Shown piece by piece: positions 56,072 to 64,000 of a stretch of DNA of 64,000 nucleotides (position 1 is its first letter; each line of letters begins with the position of its first letter). This stretch comes from Blastocatellia bacterium (GTDB lineage: Bacteria > Acidobacteriota > Blastocatellia > UBA7656): assembly GCA_035576605.1 (NCBI GenBank), contig DATLWF010000196.1, positions 9,430-73,429 on the forward strand. Reading direction: 5' to 3'. The notes beneath the pieces are model-generated. The model saw only the letters and a program-made list of their open reading frames with translations, was not told where the DNA came from and made no database searches. A program made the position numbers and the translations under genes.

Positions 56072-56413
56072 ATGTCCGATGGCATGGGATCCTCGAACCG
56101 TCCCATCGACCGTAGGAGAGCGCGCAGATACTCACTAAGCTGGGTCGCCAAAGTCATACTCGAAGACTCCGCCGACGAGGGTGAGCAAGTCGCAACTCTA
56201 CGGAATCTGAGCTCCACAGGGGCGCTTGCCTGTCTGAAGACAAGTCCTCGACTCGGGCAAAGGATGCTTGTCTCTTTCAAGCTCCCATTTGAAATTGAAA
56301 CCTGGATGCGTTATTCGGCGATTGTCGTCCGAGTAAAAGAAGCGACTGCAGGAGCGGACGTCGCCGTCAAGTTCGATCAATCGCGACCTGAGTTTGTAAA
56401 ACCCCAGTTTTAG
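56072..56413 (+). CDS. PilZ domain protein (c-di-GMP receptor type)
   Basis: RRRARRY...(about 25 aa)...NLSSTGAL matches the RxxxR / (D/N)xSxxG PilZ signature. ATG 56072 with RBS GAAGGCGG. Confidence 0.65.
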   Translation: MSDGMGSSNRPIDRRRARRYSLSWVAKVILEDSADEGEQVATLRNLSSTGALACLKTSPRLGQRMLVSFKLPFEIETWMRYSAIVVRVKEATAGADVAVKFDQSRPEFVKPQF

Positions 56414-56812
56414 TTCTTATCGGACTGCAACGTTCGCAATCCATCACAATGAACCAATCTCTAGCTCAACGGGTTTCAGGTCGAGGCGTTCTCGCTAATC
56501 AAACTTCTTTGAGAACTGAGTGATGATGCCCTCGCTGAGCATGTCCGCCATGTGAAGTATCCGCCCGTGGACTCTTTCGCTCGCGGGTTCGCTACGGCAC
56601 ACCGAATGCAATCCTACAAGGAGCAAGTTCCGCATTAATGCGGAAGGGCTAGAACCTGTCGAGGTTCGCAGTACGATGTGTTCGCGCACGTTACACTTTC
56701 GGCGAGCGCAGTACGGTTGCATCGTGCAGGATCTTTGCATCAATAGGGAATCCGCGGGATTGCGGAACTTGACCAGGGTTCAAAAGAAAATGGATAGATG
56801 GAGGTTTCCGTT

Positions 56813-57304
56813 ATGGCAAGTCCAGCAAGCATCGCTAAACATCCGATCCATCCGATGCTCGCAGCGCTTCCGATTGGACTGTGGATCTTCTCGCTGGTCA
56901 GCGACGTGATCTATGTTATGAAATGGGGCAGCTCGATCTGGAACGATGTCGCTTTCTACACGATGGCAGGCGGTATCGTCGGCGCGCTGCTCGCAGCAGT
57001 ACCGGGATTTGTAGATTTACTTTCCATGTCAAAGGGAAAAATCAAGACGATCGCGCTCTGGCATATGAGCATCAATCTCACCATAGTTGTGCTGTATGGG
57101 GCGAATCTCTGGCTGAGAACTACGAACATTCCCGGCGCCCGTCTGCCGACCGCGCTCTCATTAGTTGGGGTCATAATGCTAGGCATCTCCGGCTGGCTAG
57201 GCGGCGAAATGGTATACGTTCACGGCATGGCGGTAGAACCACAGCAACACATTTTACCGGATGCAGCGCCCCAGGGTCGGGCGACTCCGAGGCGCGTAGC
57301 TTGA
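56813..57304 (+). CDS. DUF2231-family membrane protein
   Basis: HPIHPMLAALPIGLW N-terminal signature, four TM helices. RBS GGAGG 9 nt upstream of ATG 56813. Confidence 0.6.
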   Translation: MASPASIAKHPIHPMLAALPIGLWIFSLVSDVIYVMKWGSSIWNDVAFYTMAGGIVGALLAAVPGFVDLLSMSKGKIKTIALWHMSINLTIVVLYGANLWLRTTNIPGARLPTALSLVGVIMLGISGWLGGEMVYVHGMAVEPQQHILPDAAPQGRATPRRVA

Positions 57305-57581
57305 ACCATTTTTAGGCTGCTACGCTGTAAAGAAAGGCGGAAAGACAGACAAAAGAAACCCGCACATATTGCGCAGGCTACTCTAGAAAAGCCCTTGGCT
57401 CGAAGGAAGAGAGCCAGAGAATTGGAGACCTTGATTTATTGCGAACCAGATCCTGAATAAGGCTAACAAGCGGTCCACATGCTGGCTAGTGATGCTGGCT
57501 CGCGATGCAAAACCTGCTGTCCTCTTATCTGCATACCCCTTATCTGCGTAGATGTTCGGTCTGCGAGCCGCCCACCTATTC

Positions 57582-57610
57582 TTGACTGTTCGTTCCAGAA
57601 TGGGTATACT
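57582..57610 (+). promoter_or_regulatory. Sigma-70-type promoter for the TetR gene (TTGACT, 17-nt spacer, TATACT)
   Basis: TTGACT at 57582-57587 and TATACT at 57605-57610 with exactly 17 nt between. The spacer contains CGTTCCAGAA, identical to one half of the palindrome at 58229-58250. Confidence 0.5.
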
Positions 57611-57633
57611 ATGTCTTGAGGTAAGACTCTCGA

Positions 57634-58215
57634 ATGGCGCGGCACAAAGAGTTTGATTCGGCTGAGGCCCTCCATCAGGCGATGGAGGTCTTCTGGTCGC
57701 GCGGCTATGAGGCGGCATCCATCCAGGAATTAGTCAAGCACATGGGAATCAATCGCCAGAGTCTCTATGACACCTTCGGAGATAAGCATGCGCTTTATCT
57801 ACAGACGCTCGACTGTTACCGCGAAGTCGAGGGCCGCAGGATGTTTGAGCTCCTTGGGCGGGCGGGCCCGGTAAAGAAAACCCTGCGGCTGTTGTTCGAG
57901 GGCGTCATTGAAAGAGCGCTCTGCGACCCGCAACGGCGCGGCTGCTTCATGGGTAACGCGGTGTCGGAGTTAGCTGGGCGCTGCAAGGAGACGGCGGCCA
58001 GGACCGGCAGCAACATGACAACGACAGAGGAGGCTTTCTACCGCGCGCTGCTGCGGGGCAAGAAGGATGGGGAACTCAAGCACGTCCGCGACCTCCGCGC
58101 AGTCGCACGATTTCTTTGCAGCAGCATGCACGGTCTGGTGCTGACCGCAAAGGCCATACAGGATCGCAAAACGCTGGAAGACGTTGTAAAGGTCACTCTT
58201 TCGGTGTTGGACTAA
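57634..58215 (+). CDS. TetR/AcrR-family transcriptional regulator
   Basis: ASIQELVKHMGINRQSLYDTFGDKHALY HTH. Confidence 0.85.
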   Translation: MARHKEFDSAEALHQAMEVFWSRGYEAASIQELVKHMGINRQSLYDTFGDKHALYLQTLDCYREVEGRRMFELLGRAGPVKKTLRLLFEGVIERALCDPQRRGCFMGNAVSELAGRCKETAARTGSNMTTTEEAFYRALLRGKKDGELKHVRDLRAVARFLCSSMHGLVLTAKAIQDRKTLEDVVKVTLSVLD

Positions 58216-58228
58216 ATTTTTTGTGTTG

Positions 58229-58250
58229 TTCTGGAACGTACGTTCCAGAA
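58229..58250. promoter_or_regulatory. Perfect 22-bp palindrome TTCTGGAACGTACGTTCCAGAA, candidate TetR operator
   Basis: Read directly from the sequence. Sits between the tetR stop (58215) and the downstream small ORF/htrA-like/trx genes. A half-site copy lies inside the tetR promoter spacer. Confidence 0.5.
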
Positions 58251-58289
58251 CAGGCGCCGTCGCCCAGCTCTTAACTACAACGGAGAAGA

Positions 58290-58514
58290 ATGCTGATGCG
58301 TACTGAAAAACAGATCAAGATCATCAAGCGTGCGAAGCACAACGACTACAAAGCAGTTGGCTCAGATAAGAGACGAACCAGCGACCGGAATCATCCTGCA
58401 GAGACCAAGCGCGATGCGGTCGCAATCATCACGGAATGGGTAAGCGAATTGCGCCGGAAGAAGACTCAGGAAGCGGTACAAGGATTCCAGAGCCTGTTCG
58501 GCAATTCAGGCTGA
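58290..58514 (+). CDS. Small basic hypothetical protein
   Basis: 74-aa ORF with RBS GGAGAAGA 5 nt upstream. Confidence 0.3.
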   Translation: MLMRTEKQIKIIKRAKHNDYKAVGSDKRRTSDRNHPAETKRDAVAIITEWVSELRRKKTQEAVQGFQSLFGNSG

Positions 58515-58533
58515 CAACTAGAGAAAGGACTCT

Positions 58534-59598
58534 ATGAGACCGGAAATTGAATTACTCAGCGACGAACGGTTTGGGTCTGCCGACGCACGAACGACCAGAG
58601 ACGATTTGCCGCACTCGGAGCCGCCAGAAGACCTAATGGATGCCTATTCGCGGGCTGTCATCACGGCGGCGGAAAAGGTCAGCCCGTCTGTTGTCTATAT
58701 AGAAGTTCAGCAACCGGTGAGGAGCGGAAGAAGGAACGCTCCACGAATGCCGCAGGAAGCTCGGGGCAGCGGCTCGGGTTTCATCTTCACGCCAGACGGT
58801 TTCATTCTGACGAACAGTCACGTGGTGCACGGCGCTAAGCGAATCGAAGTGACTGTCTCAGATGGGCACAAGCATCAGGCGGATTTGATCGGAGACGATC
58901 CTGACACTGACCTCGCGGTGATCAGAATCAATGCGCCCAATCTGGTTCCCGCACATCTGGGCGAGGCGCAAAAGATTCGGGTCGGGCAATTAGCGGTGGC
59001 CATCGGCAATCCGTACGGCTTTCAATACAGTGTTACAGCGGGAGTCGTCAGCGCGCTTGGGCGCTCGCTGCGCGCCCAATCAGGCCGATTGATGGACGAT
59101 GTGATTCAAACGGACGCCGCGCTCAACCCCGGCAATTCCGGTGGACCGCTGGTTAACTCTCGCGGAGAAGTCATTGGCGTTAACACGGCGATGATTCTGC
59201 CGGCCCAGGGAATCTCCTTTGCTACTTCGATTGACACTGCCAAGTTTGTCGCGAGCCGTCTAATTCGCGACGGTAAAGTCAGTCGCAGTTATATAGGCCT
59301 GGCCGGTCAGAACGTCCCGCTTCCACGCCGAATCGTGCGCTACTATGACCTGGCCGTCGAGAGCGGAATCCTGGTTGTGTCTTTCGAGGCCAACAGCCCG
59401 GCAAGGAATGCTGGGCTGCGCGAAGGGGACATCATCGTTGGCTTTGACGATCACACGACCGCCGGCATCGATGATCTTCATAAGCTGCTGTCGGAGGATC
59501 GCATCGGACACAAATCATCTCTGGTGGTCATTAGAGGCACGGAGAAATTGACCCTCGAGGTTATACCTCAGGAGTCTCAGAAAGGAACGAGCAATTAA
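58534..59598 (+). CDS. HtrA/DegP-family trypsin-like serine protease with PDZ domain
   Basis: Catalytic triad contexts TNSHVV, DLAVIRI, NPGNSGGPLVN. C-terminal PDZ (GILVVSFEANSPARNAGLREGDIIV). Confidence 0.85.
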   Translation: MRPEIELLSDERFGSADARTTRDDLPHSEPPEDLMDAYSRAVITAAEKVSPSVVYIEVQQPVRSGRRNAPRMPQEARGSGSGFIFTPDGFILTNSHVVHGAKRIEVTVSDGHKHQADLIGDDPDTDLAVIRINAPNLVPAHLGEAQKIRVGQLAVAIGNPYGFQYSVTAGVVSALGRSLRAQSGRLMDDVIQTDAALNPGNSGGPLVNSRGEVIGVNTAMILPAQGISFATSIDTAKFVASRLIRDGKVSRSYIGLAGQNVPLPRRIVRYYDLAVESGILVVSFEANSPARNAGLREGDIIVGFDDHTTAGIDDLHKLLSEDRIGHKSSLVVIRGTEKLTLEVIPQESQKGTSN

Positions 59599-59721
59599 GC
59601 TCTCGGTCCTGGAAAAAGAGAAGCCGGAAGGCAGAAGGCAGAAGGCAGACGGCCTGGTTTAAGAGACTTCCGATTTTTCGCCAAACATGAATTAGAATGC
59701 AGTAAAAAGGAGCTACAAGAA

Positions 59722-60078
59722 ATGAATGAGAGCATTAAAGAAGTAAGCGACGGTTCTTTCAAGCACGAAGTTCTGGAATCCGAAAAACCAGTGTTGGTTG
59801 ATTTTTGGGCTTCATGGTGTGGGCCTTGCCGAATGCTGGCTCCGACGCTCGAGGCGATCGCCGAACAGTACTCGGACAGCGCGGCAGTAGTAAAGCTGAA
59901 TGTGGATGATAATTCGTCTACAGCGCAAGCGTATGGAATCAGAGGCATTCCCACCTTGATTCTCTTCAGCGCGGGAAAGGAGGTTGAACGGGTGATTGGC
60001 GCAACCAGCAAAGAGTCGATTTCACAAATGATTGAGAAGTACAGCGGCTTGCCGAGCAGCCAGTCCCAGCCTGCGTAG
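59722..60078 (+). CDS. trxA: Thioredoxin
   Basis: WASWCGPCRMLAP active site, 118 aa. RBS AAGGAG. Confidence 0.9.
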   Translation: MNESIKEVSDGSFKHEVLESEKPVLVDFWASWCGPCRMLAPTLEAIAEQYSDSAAVVKLNVDDNSSTAQAYGIRGIPTLILFSAGKEVERVIGATSKESISQMIEKYSGLPSSQSQPA

Positions 60079-60145
60079 CTGGTCTGAGCTGAACCAACAC
60101 CGGTATACCTCGGGCAAAAGAGAATACGTTGGAAATGGGGGTGAG

Positions 60146-61096
60146 TCACTTCCTTGTTACGTCCAGGTTAAAATCACTTATGACTTCGTACTCTCTTTTG
60201 TCGTTGGTACCGCTAAGAGTTAGTTTGTACTCGCCGGTAACAAACAGCCGGGAAGGCAATCTCACGACGACTGCTTTGCCTCTTTCAGCCTTTGTGGCTT
60301 GCAACAAGCCTCTCCAAATATCGTGCTGCTGTGCGTTTTCCACTACTACCAAATAGTTTTCGTATTGATCTTTTAACAGGTCCAGCCGGAGCTTGATGAC
60401 CTCGGCGCCGTGCGGCACGGTGAGCTTCATCGCCTGCGGCGGGCCGCCTTTACTTCTCTCAATCTCGCCAAACCCGAGCGCGAATGTGGGAGGAGGGGCC
60501 TGCTGTTCTCTCAGCCTCGCTACCTCTTGCTGCAATTCCCCGCGCTCAGCTCGCTCGCGGTTGATAGCCTGATTCAACTCATCGTTCTGTTGCTTCTGCT
60601 GAGCGACCAATTTGTCCAACTCTTTCTCTCTTTGGTTCTGGGCCAGTTGTTCCGATTGCAGCCCTTTCAGATCCGAGCGCAGCTTGCTCATCTGAATTAC
60701 CACCAGCGGAACGCCGACGATTAACATCATGAATCCCGTTGCCAAAACAAAACCCATCGCCGGCGACTCGAGCTTGAACGCTGACCGAACGCGCCGCAAC
60801 CACGAGACACGGGGGCTTGCGGCGTGCATATCGGCAAACTCCATCAATGCCCGCGAGGACTTCACCCTCTCACGGCGCGCCGTCGAGGTGAGGAAGTTTT
60901 GCTCGAATAACTCGCGATCCTTGCGCGAAAGTTTTCCCCGAACACAATCGTCAATCAACTCGTCTTCGGCAACCACAAGCTCGTCAAAAAACTCTCCGTT
61001 CGATAGATACCTATCTTCAATTTCAATCCGCTCCTGTTCGGCCAAATCTCCCAGAAGGTATCGCGTGAGCTTTTTGTCTAGTTCAATTGTTGGCAT
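60146..61096 (-). CDS. Anti-sigma factor-like membrane protein
   Basis: Immediately downstream of the ECF sigma gene. N-terminal acidic domain, single TM (FVLATGFMMLIVGVPLVVI), coiled-coil periplasmic part. ATG 61096 with RBS GGAGG. Confidence 0.55.
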   Translation of the reverse strand: MPTIELDKKLTRYLLGDLAEQERIEIEDRYLSNGEFFDELVVAEDELIDDCVRGKLSRKDRELFEQNFLTSTARRERVKSSRALMEFADMHAASPRVSWLRRVRSAFKLESPAMGFVLATGFMMLIVGVPLVVIQMSKLRSDLKGLQSEQLAQNQREKELDKLVAQQKQQNDELNQAINRERAERGELQQEVARLREQQAPPPTFALGFGEIERSKGGPPQAMKLTVPHGAEVIKLRLDLLKDQYENYLVVVENAQQHDIWRGLLQATKAERGKAVVVRLPSRLFVTGEYKLTLSGTNDKREYEVISDFNLDVTRK

Positions 61097-61136
61097 CACG
61101 CCTCCGGCAGCCGTCTCATGACTTAGTGGCGCAACC

Positions 61137-61757
61137 TCAAATCCGTTTCTTGTTACTCAGGCAATCCAGGATGCACTCTTCCAATCGCTCCCTTGTGCGG
61201 TGCATTCTAACTCTGAGATTGCCTAAGGTTATCCTCAGTTCGGCTGCCATTCGTTTCCTCTTATCAATCTTTGCCCGCCCCTGTTCATAATAATAGTCGA
61301 TCACCCGCTGGCGTTCGACGGGCACAAGCTTGCCGGAGCACTTCTCGAGACATTCAAGACGCGCCTCCTGTTCCTCTTTCTCGTCCGGGGCGTCGTCCAC
61401 CATTGGCGCCACCAGAAGGCTACCGGATCCCTCGTCTTCAATCTCGTCCATTTTAGTTTGAGGCGATGCCCAGTGCTCCTTCAGGACAAACCGAGCTATC
61501 TGAGTGAGATAGCTGGGAAGTTCGCGCACCTGCACTCCTTCATCAATTCTCCGCGCTCCCCGGTCTATGGTCATATCGACAAGCTCGTCCGGGTCAGGAC
61601 AACGATTGCACTCGAAGAACTTCTGCAGCTTCCTGCGTATGTCTAACAGCTTACGCCCGGCCTCATTCAAGTCTGAGTCCAGACAGGCGAGCAGCTTGTC
61701 AAACGCCGGTCCGGTTAGCACCCAGTCTTTCTTGTACACCGGCTGATCTCCCATCAT
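61137..61757 (-). CDS. ECF-type RNA polymerase sigma-70 family factor
   Basis: Region-2-like AGRKLLDIRRKLQKFFE...DPDELVDMTI and region-4 HTH AAELRITLGNLRVRMHRTRERL. Confidence 0.75.
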   Translation of the reverse strand: MMGDQPVYKKDWVLTGPAFDKLLACLDSDLNEAGRKLLDIRRKLQKFFECNRCPDPDELVDMTIDRGARRIDEGVQVRELPSYLTQIARFVLKEHWASPQTKMDEIEDEGSGSLLVAPMVDDAPDEKEEQEARLECLEKCSGKLVPVERQRVIDYYYEQGRAKIDKRKRMAAELRITLGNLRVRMHRTRERLEECILDCLSNKKRI

Positions 61758-64000
61758 CTATCTTGAGTTACCAATCAATATGAAAGGGGACCAGTAGTAG
61801 GGATGAGCGAACGGTTTCTTGTCATCTCGCTTGAAAGCCGGCGCGTTCTTCTCGGACACGCGCACAACCGCACCGCGCGTATCTGCGCTAGCGCCTTTCC
61901 CGTCATCCGGCGCGATCACGATCTTGACCGATGAAGAAGAAGCGCGTTTCTGCTCCTCCGGCAAGGGCTTCGTCTGCGCAGTGCCGTTAAGTAACGCGAG
62001 CTGCGCCCGCCGAAACGCTTCAGCTTTGCTCAGACCATTGCCGTTCTGGCGCGTTTGATAGAACTCACGCATCAGCCAGGGGGTGCTATTGTCGGCTACC
62101 GGCCAGAGCGTAGCCATTACCGACCCGGCGCCGAGTCGCTGCGCCAGTTCGGCAAAGCCATCGATCTCGCGTCCATTTGCGCCCGGTCGTTGTGCTGCCG
62201 TGTTGCATGCCGAAAGCGTCAGAAGTTCCACGCCTGCGAACAGGTCTGTGTGTTGCTTCATCTCCTCCAGCGTCATCGCAGTCCCGTCGCCCAGCAGCAA
62301 GAACGAACGCGCTTCATCGCCCGGACGAAAGTTGAAATGGCTCGAGATATGAACGAGCGGTCGCTTCCGCTTCAACGCAGCTAGCATTGTTGTTTTCGTG
62401 AACCTGGCGTCGGGCAGAACTTCACCATCAAGTACTCCGCCTGGCGATCCCTCTTGACGGAAGAGGGTGCGCAATTCTTCGGTGACGCCAGGCAATGAAT
62501 CAAAAGCGAGTTTCTCACCCATTAGTTCGACCGTGTGAGCCTGCGAGCTACCAAGGCCCAGTCCCGTCCATCGAGGGCTGACTGGTCGAAGCAACCGCTC
62601 GCTATCGGCGCGGGTAAATGCTATGGAATTGTAGCGTTCAACCAGGTATTGGTTCCCGTCATACAACGCCGCCATCGGAACGTAGCGTAGATTGCCATCC
62701 AGCGACCACAGAATAGTGGCTGTGTCCTTGGGGAGCTGGGATTCGATGGGCTTGAAGACAATGGAATACAATTCTTGTGCGAGCGGCCTCGGATCATATC
62801 TGTCGCTCTGCAGCAGTCCCCAAAGTTGCAGGGCTTTCTGGTTGAGAGCATCGCCTCGGATTGGTTGTGAGGCAACAGTGATGTTGTCTGCTGTGATCAC
62901 CAGAGCGCAGAATCTCTCGTCGCCTACAAACGTGTAAACAGCAACCGCCTTCTGACCGGTCGCCTGGCTCAGTTGGCGTAGCGCACTCTGCAGTTCGCGC
63001 GTGTCGGCAATCTCGCTAACCTTGTCTCTTTCCCGATTTGCCTGGGTAAACTCTAATTCAGCCTGTTTGAGAAGCACGACGAACTCGTCCAAGGCGGTTT
63101 TCATTTTGGCTTGAAGGTCCTGCAGTTGCGTCGCTTCCTCCGTGCTCGGTTGACGCCCTCCGACTTTGCGTGTCACTTCAGACAACTGCCGATCGACGAC
63201 TTCGACGCGCCTGGTTGTCAGTTCGTAGCGTTCAGCAATCTGCGCTTCGCGCGCGGAGAGTGTGAGCACCGACGCTGTTTTGTGCAGATTCCTGTTGAAG
63301 TCAAAGTATTGCTGGTCCTTGAAAAGATTGAGAACCTGCTGCGCCTCCTGGAGGCGACCCAGGGCCATTAACAGGTAGGCGAGTTCGCGATAAGTAATTC
63401 CCTTTGTTCTCACAAAGGTTTTCTGTACCTCTTTATCGAGCTCAGCGATGTTCGCCCGGAGTTGCTGCAAGACGTTGACTGCTTGCTTGCCGTAGTAGAC
63501 CGCCAGCGAGGAGTTGTTAACCTCCCATAGCCGCATCAGGTTGCGAAGCGTGTCCGCCTCTCCGCTGCGATCACCGGCGGCCCTTCGCATTGGCAGTGCT
63601 CGGTTGTAATACTCCAGGGCCTTCTGCTTCTCTCCTAGTGAGTAGTAGACAGAACCGATGTTATTGAGCACCGCGGCCTGGCCGGCGCGATCACCCACCG
63701 CCTTGTGAACTGGCAGCGCCTGGCCGTAGTACTCGAGCGCCTTCTGCAACTCGCCAACCGAGTAGTAGACAGCCCCGATATTGTTGAGCGTGGTCGCTTC
63801 ACCTCGGCGGTCACCCGTAGCCCTGCGAATTGCCAGTGCAAGCTGGTGATACTCCACCGCCTTCTGCATCGCTCCGAGAGATCTGTAGACGCTCCCGATG
63901 CTGCTAAACAATTCGCCTGCGAGGCGTGTGCGATCGCCGAGCGCGCTTAGAATTCGCGCAGCCTGGCTGTAATAGTCCAGCGCCTTCTGATTGTCGCCGA
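61758..64000 (-). CDS. TPR-repeat plus CHAT (caspase-like) domain protein, 5'-partial (N-terminus beyond window end)
   Basis: Repeated LNNIG.VYYS.GE.QKALEYY TPR units continue in frame upstream of the track's TTG at 63911. C-terminal CHAT signatures HISSHFNF and LLTLSACNTA. Confidence 0.75.
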   Translation of the reverse strand, partial: GDNQKALDYYSQAARILSALGDRTRLAGELFSSIGSVYRSLGAMQKAVEYHQLALAIRRATGDRRGEATTLNNIGAVYYSVGELQKALEYYGQALPVHKAVGDRAGQAAVLNNIGSVYYSLGEKQKALEYYNRALPMRRAAGDRSGEADTLRNLMRLWEVNNSSLAVYYGKQAVNVLQQLRANIAELDKEVQKTFVRTKGITYRELAYLLMALGRLQEAQQVLNLFKDQQYFDFNRNLHKTASVLTLSAREAQIAERYELTTRRVEVVDRQLSEVTRKVGGRQPSTEEATQLQDLQAKMKTALDEFVVLLKQAELEFTQANRERDKVSEIADTRELQSALRQLSQATGQKAVAVYTFVGDERFCALVITADNITVASQPIRGDALNQKALQLWGLLQSDRYDPRPLAQELYSIVFKPIESQLPKDTATILWSLDGNLRYVPMAALYDGNQYLVERYNSIAFTRADSERLLRPVSPRWTGLGLGSSQAHTVELMGEKLAFDSLPGVTEELRTLFRQEGSPGGVLDGEVLPDARFTKTTMLAALKRKRPLVHISSHFNFRPGDEARSFLLLGDGTAMTLEEMKQHTDLFAGVELLTLSACNTAAQRPGANGREIDGFAELAQRLGAGSVMATLWPVADNSTPWLMREFYQTRQNGNGLSKAEAFRRAQLALLNGTAQTKPLPEEQKRASSSSVKIVIAPDDGKGASADTRGAVVRVSEKNAPAFKRDDKKPFAHPYYWSPFILIGNSR

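Noticed and set aside
58229-58250. The 22-bp palindrome interpreted as a rho-independent terminator for tetR.
   Set aside because: There is no loop and no downstream T-run. A half-site copy in the tetR promoter favours an operator role.
59627-59647. GAAGGCA x3 tandem repeat downstream of the htrA-like gene.
   Set aside because: Three short units in an intergenic spacer. No CRISPR-like repeat-spacer periodicity.
1-64000. Search for transposases, integrases, phage genes, CRISPR arrays, rRNA/tRNA genes.
   Set aside because: None found. Apart from the leader regions, GC content and codon bias look uniform, so there is no evidence that the locus is a recently acquired island.

Overview
High-GC (about 60%) bacterial chromosomal segment. 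Positions 1-55115 are an almost uninterrupted minus-strand exopolysaccharide (EPS) synthesis, modification and export locus. Many of its genes have 0-20 nt gaps or overlapping stop/start codons. Its gene set matches the PEP-CTERM/exosortase-associated EPS locus type. Present are a Wzz-like chain-length determinant, a BY-kinase-like ATPase, a polyprenyl-phosphate sugar transferase, a Wza/SLBB-type exporter, an O-antigen-ligase-like polymerase, three GT4 and three GT2 glycosyltransferases, two AsnB-like amidotransferases, a CapK/PaaK-like ligase, DUF362, a CE4 deacetylase, a formyltransferase, an NDP-sugar dehydrogenase, an ExeA-like AAA ATPase, and acyl- and methyl-transferases. No exosortase gene is seen in the window. 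Embedded in the locus are several unusual elements. One is a single-module NRPS (C-A-T-TE, with a cysteine in the TE motif) plus an Sfp-type PPTase, directly downstream of a TagF-like polyol-phosphate transferase and a cytidylyltransferase. Another is a Hanks-type membrane pseudokinase abutting the ExeA-like ATPase. There are three paralogous beta-helix proteins, a GT2-flippase fusion, and a roughly 570-bp protein-coding direct repeat. That repeat encodes a conserved, unassigned domain in two different secreted proteins, one near each end of the locus. To the right of the locus (55116-64000) lie a divergent PilZ gene, a DUF2231 membrane protein, a TetR regulator with a perfect 22-bp palindromic operator candidate, an HtrA-like protease, thioredoxin, an ECF sigma/anti-sigma pair and a 5'-truncated TPR-CHAT protein. 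No rRNA, tRNA, CRISPR or recognisable mobile-element genes were found. Many start codons in the supplied ORF track are GTG/TTG, so several 5' ends are approximate. The taxon cannot be assigned from sequence alone. The gene content is reminiscent of soil Acidobacteria or Proteobacteria EPS loci; that is a guess.
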